DNA from: Psammoneis japonica | Taxonomy: Eukaryota | Length of the DNA stretch: 64,000 bases | Assembly: GCA_008632985.1 (NCBI GenBank) | Contig: QPGO01000001.1 | Coordinates: 528,404-592,403, forward strand | Reading direction: 5' to 3' | Shown here: positions 10,706 to 23,766 of the stretch, in pieces | How the letters are laid out: every line of letters starts with the position of its first letter | Position numbering within the stretch: position 1 is the first letter of the stretch | Notes under the pieces: model-generated | The model's input: the letters and a program-made list of their open reading frames with translations, nothing else | The model's database searches: none | What the model was told of the DNA's origin: nothing | Made by a program: the position numbers and the translations under genes

Positions 10706-12603
10706 CTAATTGTTCGTCGATGTAAATACATACACGGATCCCATATTTTTGCCATGGACATCAGTCCAAGGCGCACCAACTGCAACAAGACTTCCGTCTG
10801 ACGACAAGGACACTGAATTTCCAAATCCGCAAAACTCAGTCTCGCCATTTAAAGGATCACCAAACTGATTCCATTTAGTCGTGTTGCTGTCGTATTGAAA
10901 GATTCGGACTTGGCACGCCTCGGCTATTCCATCAAGGCAATGATAACGACTTCCCACAGCCAAGGCATTTCCATTACTACTCAAAGACACTGACCAACCA
11001 AACCAATCATCGGGCTGTTCCGTCAAGAGAGTTTGGCCACGTTGATTCCATCTAGACGTCGAACGGTCATACAAAAAAACACGGACGCTATCGTTGCCTA
11101 GACCTAAAGGTGAACCTACGGCCATGGTCAAACCACTATCGTCAAGAGAAACAGAACATCCAAACCCACCACCTTCAACTTGGCCTTTGATTGGATCACC
11201 CAGCAGCTCCCATTTTGAAGAAGCAGAATTGTATTCATACACAGCCACCTTGCCAGTATCATTATTTCCACCCGAATACTCATGATACGCTCCAACGCCA
11301 ACTATGTAGCCCGAGCGGCTCAAAGAAACGGAAGCACCATATTTATCACCACCACTTTGACCAAAGAGTGTTTGTCCGAGTTGTTTCCAGGATGAACTGC
11401 CGTGGTGGTATCGAAACAATCGAATAGATCCACAATTTGCGCCATGTTCCGGTTCATCCCCAAAGTCTCCTACAGCAAGAATGTCTCCTGCATCCGAGAG
11501 CAACACGGAATCACCATATAGATCCAAATTGGTTTTTCCAGGAATATCGCTGCCGAGTTGGACCCAACTATTCAATGAAGAGTCGTATTCATACACCCGA
11601 ACTTGACCGACATACCGACCACCACTGTCAGTCCATGATGGAGCTCCAACGGCAAGAATTGTGCCGTCACCATTTAACGAAACAGACTCGCCGAAACCGT
11701 CATGGTCGGTTTGTCCAAATAATTTTTGGCCAATTTGTGCCCATTTTCGGGTGTCAGGATTGCATCGTTGCACAACAACACTGCCGGGATTTGAATTGTC
11801 GAAATACGTAACTGGCGCTCCAATGGCCATGACACTGCCATCATGAGACAATGACACCGAATTGCCAAAATTATCGCCTATCGCTTTGCCACGCAAAACT
11901 TGACCAACGGGATTCCAATCAGCAGGAATGACTGTAATCGAATCAGGTGCAATCGAATCGGTTTCACTGTTACGGCCGAACGGAATTCCAAGTGCAATTG
12001 CCACAATGATTACAAATTGTACAATTCCCATGCAAATCAAGCACACACAATAATGGCGCTTTTCCCTTGCACTTCCTAAAGCAGTCCCCGCCAAACCCTC
12101 AACCTCCCGTTCTTCCTGAGCAAGTTCAGCTTGAGCAAGCGGGACGGCCTTTCGAAGAAACACGTTTTCTTGCTCGAGTCTACATCTTCCAGAGCTTCTG
12201 TTGGTTCAGCCACAAGAGCTTCAACCAATAGCGTCCTTGCATCCCGGCCGGGTGGTGGTGGAGGCATGGGATCCGATTGTGCCGTTTCCAAATCAGATGC
12301 AATGGTGATGCAAGTGTCGCCGTCGCATGCTTGACCGCAACGGACCTCCCCTTGTTGGTTCACCGCAAAAGCACCGGCCGTTGCAGATAGAGGAGCAGCG
12401 ACTTCATCGACTTCTTCTACCTTTTCTTCTCCCTCATGCTTTTCATCTACGAGGATGCCGTTGGCAGAACCAAGAGCACACTTTGATGCTTGATCTTGTG
12501 CACTTTGTTCCAACAACCCTTCTTCTCCTTCTTCATGCCCGTCCTGACTTCTACCACCAAGACGTTTCTCTAATGCTTTCATGACCATGTTGCGACGATT
12601 CAC
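10706..12603 (-). pseudogene. Inverted, frameshifted paralog of the 4356-6278 FG-GAP membrane protein gene
   Basis: Colinear with paralog 1 (GAFAVNQQG, DPMPPPPPGRD, ...GSVYVFTSTNN). Frameshift at about 12183 (GAAGATGT|AGACTCGAG versus CGAATTGCC|AGACTCGAG). ATG-AAT-CGT has become GTG-AAT-CGT. The stalk is shorter. Confidence 0.75.
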
Positions 12604-12956
12604 AATGGCGATTGATTCAATCAACTTTGATGTTGCTTTCTGTTTTCTGTATAATAATGATGTGAGAACATGCGAAAGGAGAACTCGTTTCGTTTTCTCG
12701 CGACATCCCAGTCAAGTCATGTCTGATGATGTCTGCGTAGAATTTTAGCTGCGTGGTCTGTTGGTTTTTATTACACAGGCGTTTGCGAATCTGATTCCCG
12801 CGACATCACAAGTCATGCCATCATCGTTGTGTTGTCGAATGAAGGCGCGCGCAAATCTGCGACACAGTGATGGTTTGCATGGAGCGTTGCGTTCATGTGT
12901 CACGGATTTGGTGTCACGGATGCGTGGTCGTTTGCGATGTTGTCCACTGCAAGGTA

Positions 12957-15900
12957 CGTGTCTGACTGTTGGTGGATGGCAAGCGGATGCAAGTGATCAA
13001 AATGTCCTTTGACCAGTGGAGAGCGCAAATGAAGGACGACATTTGGGGTCATTTGTTCCGTGGCGCACTGCCCACTCAGCATCAAAGGGGCAGGAGCAAA
13101 AATGAAAACCATGTGATTTTTGGAGCAAAGTGTTTGGAGCAGAGCGGCTGCGGACTTTTTGTTTGTGGCGCTGCGACTGTTGCAGATTTGTGTTGCAACA
13201 TCTTGTTGGGCAAGTGGTGTCAGCGGCCGTTGTGCTGGAAATGGCGGCACTGGCATCGAGGCGTTCTTGGAGACGGTTGAGTTGATTGCAAAAAGGTGGA
13301 GATGAGCTGCAAGAGGGTTGTTGGTGTGGCCACACCAAGTTTTCAATTTTGGGGTGTGCATCCAAACACGACTGGCAAACAGTTTTTTCAGCGTGCCCAT
13401 TTCATCTGCAGCAGCTGCCAGCCCCACATTGCAGAGTGGAGTGTGACTTGCGTTTTGCTTTTGCTTTGCCATCTGCAGCTGCAGCTGCTTTTTGTCAATG
13501 TTTTGGAGGCAGGTTTGGCCAGGGCATTCTTTGTGACAGCTCGACTGGCCATGCACCAGCACCAGCTTGGGCTGCAGCTCTTGATCTGCTCAAGTGTTGA
13601 CCCCACAGGCGGGGTGTGCCAGAGCACCATCAGCAAGGGGGGGGGGGTGTGTTTTCTTGCACATCAAAAAGGAAAGATGCAAATTTGAGAAATGGCTGAA
13701 TGTGCTGCCAAAAAAGAGCAGAGGTTGGAGTCAAATAAAAAAATGAAGCCTGGCCACCCACCTGCTGAGCTTGAGATGGTGGTGAAGTGCAAGCCTCGTG
13801 AAGTCGACGTTGGAGCGCCAGGTGAAACACGCAACTTCTCAGCCAGGGGCAGCACAACAAAAAAAATGACAAGCCTTGGAGCAATGGGCACTCTTGTTGT
13901 CACACTCAGGATGCAAGGCATTGCCAAGCTCTTTGGCATGACCCTGGTTGTTGGGTCAACAAAGGGGCTGTGGCTGCCTTTCATCCAAGCAAGGTGCCAT
14001 TGCAGCCAGGACTTGTGTGGCCTTGGAGCACATTGTTGTGCCGCACACAAAATGAGAGTTGAACTGTCTTGGCTGGGTTTTGCAATTCTGCCTCAGTTTT
14101 GCAGCCACACCTTGTGTGTGTTTTTCTGTGCAAGCTCTTGTGCAGATGTCGCCTTTCTCTGATGGTGTGACGATGGTTCCTGCCTGCCCATTCAGACCAT
14201 TTGTTGTCAACATGCCCCCAGCATGCTGTGATCATTGGCAATCTCATGCAGTGGCGAAAATGATTGGCATCAAGCTCTCTTTTGGTTTGTTTGCTTGGCA
14301 CTCTTCTGTGGTGTCTTTCCTTCTCATGTGCAAAGCTTCCCCAAAATTTTCAGTGCAAACCCTGTGTGTTCTGCAAGTTGTTTCAGATTCTCCACGCCTC
14401 TCAAGTGGTGCCAACAACCCCCCTTCTCTACCTGTCATCAATTCAAGTTCCCCGCTTCACAAGGCAAACAATCTTCTGTTGTTGCTGCTCTCAAAAGCTT
14501 GAAATTGAGACCAACTCAGTGTGCACTGGCTTTTCTTTTGCATGCAAACAGTTGTGCTGCACAAGTTTCAGTGCTTTTCTGCATGTCTCAAATGTCATTT
14601 TGGACAACCTTCTGCCCATTGTCTGCTTGAGTTCTTTGCTCTGTGTGGTGAACAATTCTCCTTTGTTGTTGTGCTCCCACAAGACCAAATTTGAGACTGA
14701 CTCAGTTGGTGCTGGTCAATTGTGTGCTGCTCTTTGGCTTCTCATGTTGAATTTTTTCCAGACTGCTCATTTCACCTTGCCACCAGATCTGATCCCAAGA
14801 GAAATGTTGCCTGCAGCATTGAATGCTTTGCTTTTGAAATCTTGTTTTGCTGGCCCTGTTTTTGTTGCTGCCAGTCACTTCCGGTGGGCTCCACAGTCTT
14901 GTGACATCAATCTTCACACTTGCCATTGTGCACCCCTGCTGCATCACAGTTGCTGCTTGCTCTTGTTTTGCACTTTTTTCTCTGCATGGACAGCTGTGGT
15001 GTGATGCCATGTTGCTCTTTTTTAGATTTTCAAAAAGTGCAATGACAACATGAGTTGGCATTGTCCTGAGCAAGGAGCACTGTTTTGCTGTGCTCAATCA
15101 AAGCACCTCAAATTGGAAAAAGATGTGCCAAATGAGCACTTTTGCATTGGAAGCCACCATGGCTGAAAGTTCATGCAGAGCCAGCAGCTGACCCAGCAAA
15201 CCTCTTGGAAATGTCAATCCCACAAGGAAGCTGAAAATTCAAACACAAAGCAAAAAGGAGCTTGCTTGCAGCAGCCCAAAACTTGCTCAGGCCCAGCCAG
15301 CAGCACATTTTTAAATCCTCCATGAAACAGAAGCCAAACAAGATGAGTGGCCACCCACCCAGAGCCTGGCCCAGACAACATTTTCTGGACAGTCCAAGAA
15401 CTCTCAACCTTTCCTTTGCTTCTTTTGACATTGTCATCATCATCTCCTTTGTGATGTTGCCATTTTGCCAGTCTTGGCCATCATGACAATGTCCACATCG
15501 AGGCTGGCACTGCCGCATCCAGGAGGGCACACATTGTGATGCCCACCAAAGTGCACCCCATCTGATTTTGGCTGGAGAGCAATGACTCCCTGTCTGTCAT
15601 TGAGCTGCCATCCATGGAAAGAACAAAAACAACAGCAAGGTTTGCACAAGGCTGCCAACCAGCTGCAGAACACTGCCCAGACTCTTGGGGATTTTTTTTT
15701 CAAAGAGGAGCGCAGTTCTTAACCAACACAAGATTGTGGAACTTCTCTTTTGCAACTGCCAAAACATCTGTGGTTGCACCCAAATCATGTTGCTTGCAAA
15801 AGAAAAGGTGCAGCTGTCACTGCAGTGTCTCTTTTCTCTTTTGATCTTTGCTCGCACACACTGTGCATCTTGCACGGGGTGCTCAAAGACAGCCCCGTTG

Positions 15901-18900
15901 CAGCCACACACAGTGGTGCCAGCCATGGACACCAAGCCCAGCCCACCAGGAACCAGATGAAAACTGTGCTGCCATGAGTGACAGCTCAGCAAAAAGCCCC
16001 GCACCTTGTGGACAAGGCACCAGGGTGCTGCACCACACACACCACACAAACCAAAACAGAGGCAAGAGGAGCTCCGTGTGCCCCTGAGCAGGGTTGCAGC
16101 TCCCTGCTTCAATCTCCCAGTCACATCAATGTGCTCAACAATGGAGGGTGCCACAGCCAAGTGCAATGGCAGCAAAAAATGATGCCCAACACACCGAGGG
16201 AAGTCATGACACACTGCAACCTCCCCACAGCCACCTGTGCACCAGCAGTGGTGCCTGTGTGGCCCACAATGATGGCACAAAAGAGCAAAAAAAAAAAAGA
16301 TGATGAGCGAGGTCAAAGCAGTGACAAGCAACAAAGCTGCTTTATGTCAGTGGCTTTTGTGGACAAATTGGCATTTGCTGTGCCCAACGCCTGGGCCCTC
16401 CCGCCGCATCGCCTGTCGCCGCACGCAGATGACGCAGACAGACGTGCCAGATTTGGATTGCTCTTTTGTCACATCACGTTTTTTTTTATGCAATAAATTG
16501 AACGATGAGATGTGTCTGCTTTCACATTTATGCTTGTGCCGCGATGAGATGCGGGTGTCATGACCCCAAATGCCTTCAGCCGTGTCAAGGATGGACTCAT
16601 CGGTGGAGAGAGGTTGTGACGCATCGAGTTTGCCAGTTTGCAGCACATGTCATGCATTTGTGTAGCTGTTGCGGTTTTTGCCAAGCACCAGAGGCATGTC
16701 ATCAAGAGCCAATGGGAATTTCACCACTTTTCGACGTCAGCTATACACGCCCTCAGCTTCTACATGGGTTTCTACGCACCTTCTCGCACTGATGTCGCCC
16801 TTCTCAGACGGTGTTGATTTGGCTCCAACAAGCCCATTCTGCCCACGTTTACCAATGGTACATCCTTGTTGCAGCATGATGAGCAAAGTTCATCAGTGGA
16901 AAACGACGAGTGTCCCGGCCTTTTGGTTCGTAAGCTGGTTGTTATTTCTCGTAATTTTCTGTTGTCTCAGAAAATTTTCTACACAGGTTCTGGCACAAAT
17001 TCTACGCGGATCTGCAGATGCTGCTGACGATCTACATGTCACTTCCCCGGCCTACTTTTATCCTTGCGAATCGGTTCTCAACGCCACTTCTTTTCCTTGC
17101 CATGCAATCAAGTCCTTCACTCTTTATGGTGCAAGTGCTGCTTCTGTTGCGGCCCTTTTCAGCAAGAATGTTGGTCATCCTTCGGAGTCATTTGATTGTC
17201 GTCGATTTGCTGCTCCCATCGGTCTTTCTGCACAAGATCTGGCATTGTTTCTACGTGCCACCTCTGACTGTCTACATGTCACTTCTCCGGACTGCTTTTG
17301 TCCTTGCCAATCGGTCTTCAACCTCTCTGCTTTTCTCTGCCGTGCAATCAAGTGCTTCGCTCTTTGTGGTGAATGTGCTGCTTCTTTTGCGGCCCTTTTC
17401 AGCAAGAACACAAGTTGTCCTGTGGTGTCATTTGATGGTCTTCAGTTTGCTGCTCTCAGCAGCTTTTCTGTGCAAGACTCAGCATTGTTTCAACGTGTCA
17501 AGAATGTTTTCTCCGATGACCTGCTCGTCTCACCTTCAAGGCTGCCTTTGTGGACCATTTTAAAAACCTGTCTGAGTGCAGTTGTCCGTTGCAGTTGTGG
17601 TGTGCCTTCTGTGGCTGTCATCAACAAGCATGCAATGAATCCCTCATGTGAATCATTCCTTTTAAGTTGTCTTGGCGGGGTGTCATCTTCTGGTGACACC
17701 CACTCCAGCTGATCCCATGCCAGCTCCTGCCGCACTTGGCTGTGTGCTGGGAGTGTGGGTCAGCCGGCACCGGCCTGGCTGACAAAGGAGTGACAGCACT
17801 TAAAAAATGGATCTGTTTTTTTTTTTAATGGGAATTTCACCACTGCACATGCAGCAATGCAGAATGCCGCAATGCCAAGTGTTTTTGCAGTGTTGAAGGA
17901 ATGACTCACTCCCGCGGAGCACACTTTTCAGTCTGGCCAGCAAATTTTTCTATGCGATTTCTACGTCCCACGCAGAGTTCTACCGGCAGGTTGCCTTGGC
18001 ATTTGCAAAAAGCACCCTCCGCCCCATGATGGTGTCACGCCCTGCTCACGCTCACCATGGCACCGGCTGCACTGTCGTTTGTTGTGCTGAGCAGGACTTG
18101 GTCAGCTTCCATGCAACATGGGTTCATCTCTTTCGAGAGGAAAGTCAATTGACAGGCGTCATGAAGAAGGCCTCTTTTCATCTTTCTGGGGCACTGTTGC
18201 CTCACTCAAGACAACTGTCAAGTGCACAGACACTTTGGAAAAATGGCATGTCATGCAAAGACACAATGAATCGTTGATGACCGGGGTTTGTGTGAAAGTG
18301 ACAGATCACAGGAGCAAAATGTAACCACCAAGGGAGAGAATCTTTAAGCGTCAAAGCCAAGCTGACTTTGCAGAAGCAGCGGCCATCAAATCAGCTGTGC
18401 GCAGATCCCCACCTTTCCTGACAGGCTGCTGCTCGGAGTGGGTGTGTTTCACCATCCTTGTTGAAACAACAAGATTCTGTGATCATGTGATCATCCCAAG
18501 GCTCTGAGAGAATTGTTTTCAAATGGCTGGGAATCCAAAATGAAGTGGACAAGACAAACAGGCAGCAATTGAGAATTCTTGAAGAACCAACAAGAATGGA
18601 TCGCCCAAGTGCCAATCAGATGCTTCTTGGCATTGCCCCAAAAGGCACTTGCTGAAAGCAGACACAATTGGAAATGAAATTTCTCACAAAAATGCCCTCA
18701 TCTGTCAACAACCAGCTCCACACCGAAAAGGAAGAAAGGCCATCATGTGCTGTCTTTAAAAAGAAGAACTCAGTGCGGAGCCACCCTGCAGGGAACCATT
18801 CAGTTAGTCTGGAATCCCTTGGAATGGGTGCGCACACTGTCAAACCTTCAAAAGGAGTGAGGCAAAGAATGTGAAGGGGGGTGCCTCATCCATGAATCTA

Positions 18901-19260
18901 GAATGAGCCCAAGTCTCAGAGCACTCGCGTTGGCGAGCATCATTCCCAGGCCTTCCATGCACAGAGAGGCAACAAAGAGAAGCCTTGTGTCAACTTGAAA
19001 GGCTTCAATTTTGTTTCTCTGTCAAGCGTTGTTGACAAATCGAAAGACAAGAAAAACAAGGGGCAAGCACAGATTGTTGCAGACACTGATCTACCGTGTC
19101 TTTGGTCGATGAAACCAAAAAAATGCGCAAGAAGTGTGCAACGATTTTGAGGCCGTTGCGATCGACAGAGCACCCAAGTTCACATTGACAACGCTCAAGG
19201 GCGGTGTCGAAATGCTGGTGCAAAAGAGGTTTGGTTGTGTGGGGAGGTTTCAGAGGCACC
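12957..19260. repeat. Highly degenerate TpA-depleted repeat/transposon remnants (unclassified)
   Basis: Near-absence of TA. Related motif GATGTCGCCYTTCTCWGAYGGTGT at about 14146 and 16791. No recognisable intact domain. Confidence 0.55.
17032..17500 (+). repeat. Tandem duplication, 240-bp period
   Basis: CTACATGTCACTTC at 17032 and 17272. Shared TTGCGGCCCTTTTCAGCAAGAA. The second unit carries TA->TG changes (CTTTATGG->CTTTGTGG). Confidence 0.8.
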
Positions 19261-19267
19261 ACACAAT

Positions 19268-19663
19268 GACGGGTTCCAATCCCAGGTGGGACTCCGTGTG
19301 ACATTGGGCCCGTAGACTTCTACGTGCGAGCTCTGTGTTAAAATTATGAATTAATAAAAACACAAATGATCGCCAACAGAAAAAGAGGCAATTTTACGAA
19401 CGTATCTCCTCCTTCACACTTACAGTACATGAACAATAGTTTGCATGGGTATATTCTACAGACATTAAAGAATATACCCAGCGTTTTTTCATTGTCATAA
19501 ATGTTGAAAATAGAAAGCCTTTGGCTTCGCAAAATAGGAAGTATGAAACAATTTCGTAGAATATCACACGTAGCCATCTACGTGCGCGACATACGGCGCG
19601 ATCCAAAAACTATTGATGTCACAGTTCAGCACTACGAGGTCCCACCTAGAGCTGGAACACGTC
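19268..19663 (+). mobile_element. MITE, GAC-TIR family, copy A (young, TA-rich)
   Basis: Imperfect TIRs GACGGGTTCCAATCCCAGGTGGGAC / GTCCCACCTAGAGCTGGAACACGTC; 4-bp TSD CAAT. Confidence 0.9.
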
Positions 19664-20760
19664 CAATGGCAGAGGTCAACACAGGCTCACAACCTGTTAG
19701 AGACTCCAATGTGTCGCGCGGCTGTCACCGCTTTTCTTGTTTGTCCTCGGCAGAGTGATTCAAGCCAGGAGACAAGACACAACAGGACCAAATCTAACAG
19801 GCAGGAGTGGAGATGGCTTTGCTGGCACTGCAGGAAGCCCTGCTCCCAAACCCAAGCTGGACGGCAGGCCAGAGGGTGGGAGAGGCAGGGGCGATTGACT
19901 GTCTGGAGCCCGGCTTGCTGTTGTTGGGAGAAGAGTCATTCTGACTCCCGTGCAATGTGCAGCACTTTCAACGGGAAGGAATTGGGAATCCCTCTTTGCA
20001 GATCTCACGAGGACAGCGGCTGTCACTGTTTTTCTCGTTTGTCCTCAGCAGAGTGATTCAAGCTGGGAGACAAGACACAATGGGACCAAATCCAACAGGC
20101 AGGAGTGGAGATGGCTTCACCAGCACTGCAGGAAGCCCTGCTCCCAAACCCAAGCTGGACAGCAGGCCACCAGCACCACCCACAACAGCGCGGCAATGCA
20201 GTGGAGGACCTGTGACTTGGGCGGGAGGGTGGGCTGCATCTGGTGCCGGGGTGGTGACCAGTGGCCGCTGACGCAAGGATCCAATGGAGAACAGCGATCG
20301 GGATGGGTTTTACCTGGTCTGGCGGAGGATCCTCTTTCTTGCAGTGACGGATTTGTCAGGTGAGATTAAAATCCATTTGGCCTTGGGGTGTTTTGTGTGG
20401 GTCTGGGGCCCCCATTGCAGAAAACATTTGGCCAACCGACCGCGCGGCATCTTCAGCGGTGCGTGCTCGGACGGGATGGCCACATGGGGTGATTTGGCCA
20501 GTTCTGCATCGGTGCATGAAGCCACAAGCGCCAAGATTTGTTCTGGGGACAAACAGTGTTAAAATGTTGCAAAGAGGCAGCAGTGGTCAGTGATTGAAGG
20601 CGGGAGGCATCGTCAGCAGCGGTGTTCAACGGCCCCGGCAGATGATCGTGCAACGTTGGTGATGGGTGGCATGGCATGGGAGCTTGGCTCGGGGCTTGGC
20701 AGTGGTGGAAGAGCCCTTGTGTTGCCAGTGCATTGTGCCTGAACTGTCAGTGTGCTGCAG

Positions 20761-21229
20761 GATGGGTTCCAGTCCTGGGTGGGACTCCGTGTGACATTGG
20801 GCCCGCAGAATTCTACGTGCAAGCTCCGCAGCAAATTTGCACTGAAATGAAAACATGTGTGATTGCCAACAGAAAAAGAGGCAATTTTACGAACGCATCT
20901 CCTCCTTCATGCTTGGAGCACATCATTGACAGTTTGCCCGGGTGTGTTCTTCAGACATTGAAGAACATGCCCAGCGCATTTTTGTTCTTGCAAATGTTGA
21001 AAATGGCCCGGGTGTGTGTTCTTCAGACATTAAAGAACACACCCAGCACATTTTCATTCTCATGAATGTTGAAAATAGAAAGCCTTTGGCTTTGCAAAAC
21101 AGGGAGCATGAAACAATTTTGTAGAATGTCACACGTAGAAATGTGCGTGCGCGACATGCGACGCGATCCAAAAAACCATTGATGTCACAGTTCAGCAGTG
21201 CGAGGTCCCACCTAGAGCTGGAACGCGTT
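20761..21229 (+). mobile_element. MITE, GAC-TIR family, copy B (inserted in the Ngaro element; internal duplication)
   Basis: Homologous to copy A; TSD GCAG; multiple TA->TG/CA changes relative to A. Confidence 0.9.
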
Positions 21230-23377
21230 GCAGGTTGGTGCATTCCCATGGATCAAAACAATCAGTGGTGGCATGGGTGTGGAGCATGCCACCCACTAAT
21301 TCAAGGTCAGTGTTGGCAATGGAGCCATTGGGGTTGTCGAAGGTTGCCAAATCCATGGTGACATCACGGGGAAAGGACATGTGCCATGCCACAGGGCCTG
21401 AATCCTGCTGGTGCCGGGGCCGACCTTGGGGTGAATGCTTCACCCGGGCCACCCGGGGGACAGCAGTGGGAGTCAGGAGGAGGACACCACCAGCACTGTG
21501 GCCAGCGGCGTCGTGACAGCCGTTCACGGTGAAGTCCAAAGGCGCAAGCTCTTGGATGCGCACAGGACAATCTTTGATGGTTGTGGTGAGATCGCAAAAT
21601 TCATCCAAGACACTGTGCACGGTGGGAGTCAAGCAGACATGGGAGTTGGGCAGGGTGTGATGGAGAGCATCTTGCAGCTCAGAGAAAAGGCCTTGGGAGC
21701 CAGGAGTGGCAAGCAAGAGTGAACGGAGTTCTCCAAGCAACTTGTGGCAGTTGGTGGCGGCAGCACATTGATGGGTTCAGGGGAAGTCCTGGGTGAGAGT
21801 GTCGCACAGTCAACCTGAACGTCGGGTGGTGAGACGCAGTGTCACAGCTTTGGTGTCGATGAGCCATCCGAGGACCTCTTTTTGTGTGGACCAGGAGGCG
21901 TCACCTTTGCAAAGCTTCTTGACAGAGATCGGTTTGGTGTGGCGAGGTGAGTCGTCTGGGGCCAAGGGACAAAAAATGTCGTCAATTGCAGCCATCAGAG
22001 TGTGACGCACATTCAAACAGGCAGCGCGTGAGCCCTGTGCGGCCCCAATGTAATCATCAACATGTGTCTCCACATGAGCAAGGTGATGGCGGTGTCGATG
22101 TCCAAGGTGTGGGTCAGGGACGTTGGGAATTGGGACGGTGATGGTGTCGGGCAGCGGCGGCGGTGTTGGCCGCAACGGCAGGCAGCGACTCATGGCAGCA
22201 TGCTCCAAACAATGAGGTGGTGCCTGGCAGTTGCAAAGGAGGAGTTGGTTGGTGATGTCAGCACCAGTTTTGGTGGTGGTGCTAAAGGCAGGTGGCAAAC
22301 TCTTCCATCCCATTGGCAACTTGGCAGGGATGGCGACAAGTGGTGGCTCGCCTGGCAGACTGGGGAAGGCAATGGCCAGGACCTGTGCATGGTCCAGTGC
22401 CAACGTCATGCAGTGGAATCCGTCGGACATGTCAAAGGCTCTCGGTCCTGAGTCCCCGAGCTGGGACCATTGCCAATGACCCATTTGGTCGTCCAATGCT
22501 CCGTGGCCCAAGTGAAGAGTGCATCTTGCTCTGCTTGACTGTGGCCTCCACGATTGGCGCGGGTGTTGCAATTGGAGTTGCGCTGTCCCTTTAGATGGAA
22601 AGGGAGGCACCACGGATTCCCACTGGCATCCATCGGCAGGGCAATGTTGGCCGCAGCACACCTGTCCTTGACTGCATGGGAGCGGACCCCCGGCCTGGCG
22701 CGAATCTCATCGAATCGCGTGTCGCAGCGCTCATTGCAAATCAACGTGTTGGCACCTGGGCTTGCCACTCTTGGGGGAGTGGTAGGTTGCTGTGGTGCAG
22801 CAGGCGGTTGGGGTGCTGCCAGTCAAGCTTGGTGCGGCAAGACGGCCGCAGGCAAGTCGCACCTCCAATGCATGGCACCTTTGGCAGCCAGGCAAACAGC
22901 GGGTTGTCCTTCAAAGGGCAGGGGTTGGTCAGTGCGTGCCTGGTCAGTGAACCACTGCCCGATCTCTGTCTGGGCCCAACGTTGGAGGTCTGCCGGCAAA
23001 GTGGGGTAGCGCACCATTTGTCGGGCCATCTCGTTGGCACACAAACATCCATCGCACAGCATTGTTGTCCCAGCCAAGTCATGACCACATGCTGGGTTCC
23101 TAAACTGGTGGCGAGGATGACCTGGTGACGCTGCAGCAGGAGTGTTGGGCTCCCTGCATTGTGGTGGCGACCCTGGCTTCATCGGGTGCCTCCAGGATCT
23201 GAGTGTCCGCTGCACTGGGTGCGTTGTCTCCACCATGGATTTGATGGCAGAGTGCGTTGCGGTGCACAATTTGCTCTTCTTGCTTGGGCGTCGTGAGACC
23301 AAAGATGAAGGGATTGATCCCTTGGGCAAGGTCGTCTTGATTGTGTCCAGCAAAATTCTTTTGGAGCAACTTGGACA

Positions 23378-23766
23378 GACGCGTTCCAGGTCCAGGTGGG
23401 ACCTTGCACTGCTCAACTGTGACATCGATGGTTTTTTGAATAGCGTCGTATGTTGCGCACGTACATTTCTACGTGATTTTGGCGAAATTTTGCATCATTT
23501 TATGGCACAATTGTCAGGCGATCCATTCAACAACTTTTGACATTTTTTTCTTCTACGCCATTCTCGAGTGTCTTAAGAATGGTGCAGGGCAGGCATGTTG
23601 TCCAAAACTTCAAGTACGAACAGAGATGTGTGTGCTACAAACTTGGCTGTTTGTTTCATGCTGAAGACAAATGTGTCCATCAACCAGAGTACGAACTGCA
23701 GAGCTCGCACGTAGAATTCTGCGGGGCAAATGTCACAAAAAGTCCCACCCAGGACTGGAACCCGTC
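23378..23766 (-). mobile_element. MITE, GAC-TIR family, copy C (inserted in Ngaro gag)
   Basis: TIRs GACGCGTTCCAGGTCCAGGTGGGAC / GTCCCACCCAGGACTGGAACCCGTC; TSD GACA; same subfamily as copy D. Confidence 0.9.

Noticed and set aside
16669..17712. 347-aa ORF as a real gene
   Set aside because: Spans a 240-bp tandem duplication in partly TA-depleted DNA, has no recognisable domain and atypical composition.
18600..18720. EKFHFQL...FWGNAKKH (minus strand) as an IS630/Tc1-type transposase motif
   Set aside because: Resemblance too weak, with the expected catalytic Glu missing and no supporting upstream motifs.
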